8,186 nt of DNA from Leidyana gryllorum EB-2025a (Eukaryota; Protista; Apicomplexa), in contig JBLWGC010000210.1 of the NCBI GenBank assembly GCA_048772705.1, positions 1 through 8,186 of the forward strand. The letters run 5' to 3'. Below, piece by piece: positions 5,622-8,186 of this stretch. The notes under the pieces are model-generated. The model ran no database searches. It worked only from the letters and a program-made list of their open reading frames with translations, and was not told where the DNA came from. The position numbers and the translations under genes were made by a program. Every line of letters starts with the position of its first letter. The stretch's first letter is position 1.

Positions 5622-8184
5622 TCCCTCCCCCATCATCATGGGTGAACGGAGTGCGGGGGTTCCTCTGGTTCCATCTTCTTCGGAATGCTTCAATTAGATC
5701 TGCTCCTTCGGCCTCCAAGACCGTTGATGCCTTCTCCCAGCTGCGGTCGGTGTAGCCTGCCCAGCTGACTAGGTATTCTATTCCGTCTGCCGTTTCGCGC
5801 CATCCTTGAATCGATTCCATTATGTAGAGTTCTTCCGGTGTAGGTGTTTCTGCAGGTTCGTCCCGTTGTCTATAGGGTTCTAGTCTGCTTGCGTGAAACT
5901 TGGGGTATAATCCCCACGTGCTTGGTAAGTCTAAGAGGTATGTATCATGAGTAGTGGCTTCTATGATCCTGAAAGGTCCGCAAAATGGTAAAGAGAGCTT
6001 GTTCTTAGGTAGGTGTGCCAGTCCGTTAGTGTTCAGAAGTACCAGGTCGCCCTCTCGGAAGCTTACCTCTTGTCTCCTCTTGTCTGCGTGTTCCTTCTGC
6101 TGTAGACTGGCTAGTCTGAGTCTATCGTTGGCTTCCTGCAGTTTCTGCAGATACAGTCGTCCTGCGACCGATCGGGTGGAGGTTATCTCGTTCAGATTTG
6201 TGGGAATAAACGTGGTTCGTCCAGTGTCCAGTTCGAGTGGGCACATGTTGGTCGAGGACTGGATCGTTGAGTTGTACGCCATTTCCGTTGCTAGTAGATG
6301 GTCCTGCCATTTCCCACCGTGTGCGTGGAGTGCGCATCGGATCAGTTGAAGCGTTGATCTGTTGTTTCGTTCCACCAATCCATTCGATTGGGGGTGGTAC
6401 GCCGTTGAGAATGCTAGGTTCGCTCCTAAGCCTTTCATTATCCCTTGCCACATTTCGCTGACGAACCTAGGATCTCGGTCAGATATGATCTTGCGGGGGG
6501 CTCCGTGCACTTTCACTATGTTCTCTAGGAACAGGGCGGCTGATTGGCTTGCTGTTATGCGTTTCCTGCAGGGTAGAAGTCTGAGTCGCCTCGAGAGTCT
6601 ATCCACCACAACCATGATGTAATCCGAGTCGTTCTCCGAAACCTTCGGCATTTCCAGGAAGTCAACGCCCACTTCCACCCATGGGAGGCTGGGGTTGCTG
6701 ATTGGGTGTAGTAAACCGTGTGGTCTATGCGTCCTCTTCTTCGCCTTCTGGCAAGTGTCGCAAGTGCGACAATACTCGATTATATCAGCAGCCATTCCTT
6801 TCCAGCTGAACAATGATCTCACCCGTCCGATCGTCTTATCCGCTGCCAAGTGCCCGGCCAGCGTACTGTCGTGATTGTCTTTCACGATGGCTCGTATCAA
6901 CTCCTCGTCCGGGGGAACTTCTATGGTACCTTGCGGTGTCACCGGTAGCCCTTCAATCCATTCGGGTGTTCCGCACTTGCCGGCTTCCTCTCGTCGGTTG
7001 CTCCACGCATGGCGGAGGCGTGTTTCAAGGTCCGTGCTGACGGGCTCTTCTTCATTGTTCCCTGGGACGGTGCTGTGTACCGTCTCTGGTTGAATCGCTG
7101 GTCTGTCGGTTAGGGTGGTGTTGGTTCGGGGTCGGCTAAGTAAATCAGCTATAATATTTTGGGCGCCCTTTATATATTCAAAGTGTATATCCAACTCCGC
7201 GAGTCTGACCATCCATCTTGCTTGTCTGTCGGACAAATGCGCTTGCGTCAGGAGGTACGTTAGTGGCTTGTGATCTGTTCGAATCGTGATTCTTCTTCCG
7301 ACTAGGAGGTGGCGCCAATGTTTGCAGGATTCCACGATGGCGAGTAATTCTCGTTCGTGTGTGGGGTAGCGGCTCTGGGTCGCTGTCAGAGCTTTGGAGA
7401 AGAACTCGATTGGTGCCAATCCTTGCGAGGTCGGTTGTTGGAGTACCCCCCCTATCGCCGTAAGACTGGCGTCTGTGTCCAAGGTTAATTCCTTTATTTG
7501 TATGTCCGGAAACTGGAGGGGTCGTGTGTTCGCCAGTGCTGTTTTGAGTCCCTTGAACGCTTCTTCGGCCGCCTGAGTTGCTGTAATTGGTGAGTTCGGT
7601 TTCTTCAGCCCATGACTCAATTCGTAGAGTGGGTTTGCCAGTCTTGCGAAGCCGGGGATGAATCTCCGGTAGTAATTCATCATACCCAATATGCTCTGGA
7701 GTTCTTTCAGGGTGTTGGGGAAGGGTAGTCGTTGGAGACCGTCGACCTTGTGATGTAGTGGTGTGATTCCTTCTGGTCCTATCTCGTGGCCAAGATACTG
7801 CACTCTGGTTTTGAAGAAGTGCGACTTCCTCCTGTGTACTATCAGGTGATTAGTTCGAAGTCCCTCCATGACTTGGCGTAGGTGTTGTCGGTGTTCTTGA
7901 ATGGTCTTTGAGAATACTAGGACGTCATCGAGATATACGAAGATACATTCGCCGATGAGATGTCCCAGTATGTGCGTCATCATGGTGTTGAAGGTAGCCG
8001 GGGCATTCGTCAGACCATTGGGCATTACGGTCCATTCGTAAAGTCCCCATGGTGTGGCGAAAGCGGTGAGATGTCGGCTCTCGGGCTCCATTCTGACTTG
8101 GTGGTATCCCGCCTTAAGGTCCAATGTGGAGAACCATTTTGCATCAGCGAGCAGTTGCAACGCGTCGTCCAGGCTGGGTATGGG
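5617..8184 (-). CDS. pol: Element A Pol polyprotein, 5'-truncated by the window: reverse transcriptase, RNase H, integrase, chromodomain (Ty3/gypsy chromovirus)
   Basis: RT motifs LDLKAGYHQ, TAFATPWGLYEWTVMPNGL and YLDD (7924-7935). RNase H motifs DTDAS, ERELLAIV, TDHKPL, ADLLSR. Integrase HHCC (HDSTLAGH...CDTC), core VDF/SDRD/GLVER and GPF motif. Chromodomain YIME...YLVSWAGY...WE. RT-RH-IN order is Ty3/gypsy. The frame stays open upstream of the called TTG at 8160 to the window edge (PIPSLDDALQLL). Confidence 0.97.
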   Translation of the reverse strand, partial: PIPSLDDALQLLADAKWFSTLDLKAGYHQVRMEPESRHLTAFATPWGLYEWTVMPNGLTNAPATFNTMMTHILGHLIGECIFVYLDDVLVFSKTIQEHRQHLRQVMEGLRTNHLIVHRRKSHFFKTRVQYLGHEIGPEGITPLHHKVDGLQRLPFPNTLKELQSILGMMNYYRRFIPGFARLANPLYELSHGLKKPNSPITATQAAEEAFKGLKTALANTRPLQFPDIQIKELTLDTDASLTAIGGVLQQPTSQGLAPIEFFSKALTATQSRYPTHERELLAIVESCKHWRHLLVGRRITIRTDHKPLTYLLTQAHLSDRQARWMVRLAELDIHFEYIKGAQNIIADLLSRPRTNTTLTDRPAIQPETVHSTVPGNNEEEPVSTDLETRLRHAWSNRREEAGKCGTPEWIEGLPVTPQGTIEVPPDEELIRAIVKDNHDSTLAGHLAADKTIGRVRSLFSWKGMAADIIEYCRTCDTCQKAKKRTHRPHGLLHPISNPSLPWVEVGVDFLEMPKVSENDSDYIMVVVDRLSRRLRLLPCRKRITASQSAALFLENIVKVHGAPRKIISDRDPRFVSEMWQGIMKGLGANLAFSTAYHPQSNGLVERNNRSTLQLIRCALHAHGGKWQDHLLATEMAYNSTIQSSTNMCPLELDTGRTTFIPTNLNEITSTRSVAGRLYLQKLQEANDRLRLASLQQKEHADKRRQEVSFREGDLVLLNTNGLAHLPKNKLSLPFCGPFRIIEATTHDTYLLDLPSTWGLYPKFHASRLEPYRQRDEPAETPTPEELYIMESIQGWRETADGIEYLVSWAGYTDRSWEKASTVLEAEGADLIEAFRRRWNQRNPRTPFTHDDGGGM
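5622..5631 (-). promoter_or_regulatory. Polypurine tract (PPT) of element A
   Basis: Minus strand GGGGGAGGGA, immediately followed by TGTAA, at the end of pol. Confidence 0.85.
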
Positions 8185-8186
8185 TG

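Larger units (their letters stand above)
5410..8186 (-). mobile_element. Chromovirus LTR retrotransposon A (3' part)
   Basis: pol + PPT + LTR start as listed. Confidence 0.9.

Noticed and set aside
1906-7576. Numerous plus-strand and alternate-frame ORFs overlapping the pol genes
   Set aside because: These are shadow ORFs of long coding frames with no recognisable motifs.

Overview
This is eukaryotic repeat-rich DNA; the host cannot be identified from the sequence. It is dominated by two different but related Ty3/gypsy chromovirus LTR retrotransposons, head-to-tail on the minus strand. Element A (about 5410/5476 to the right edge) shows an uninterrupted RT-RNase H-integrase-chromodomain frame, a polypurine tract and the start of a 3' LTR (TGTAA at 5621). 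Element B (1644-~5476) has only the tail of Gag (one CCHC knuckle) and a G_GAU_UUU + stem-loop -1 frameshift signal. Its PR-RT-RH-IN-CHD pol is broken only by one in-frame TAG (3279-3281), and it ends in a PPT and a 275-bp 3' LTR (1644-1918). B has no visible 5' LTR, PBS or capsid domain: A's LTR runs straight into B's gag tail. B's LTR abuts about 30 copies of an 11-bp minisatellite (1311-1643). The two LTRs do not align by eye, yet share a GTGTCTCCG/CGGAGACAC inverted repeat and a GGTAAGTTCG box at similar spacing. The left 1.3 kb is strand-skewed and apparently non-coding, with a degenerate duplication and an isolated GC-rich hairpin.
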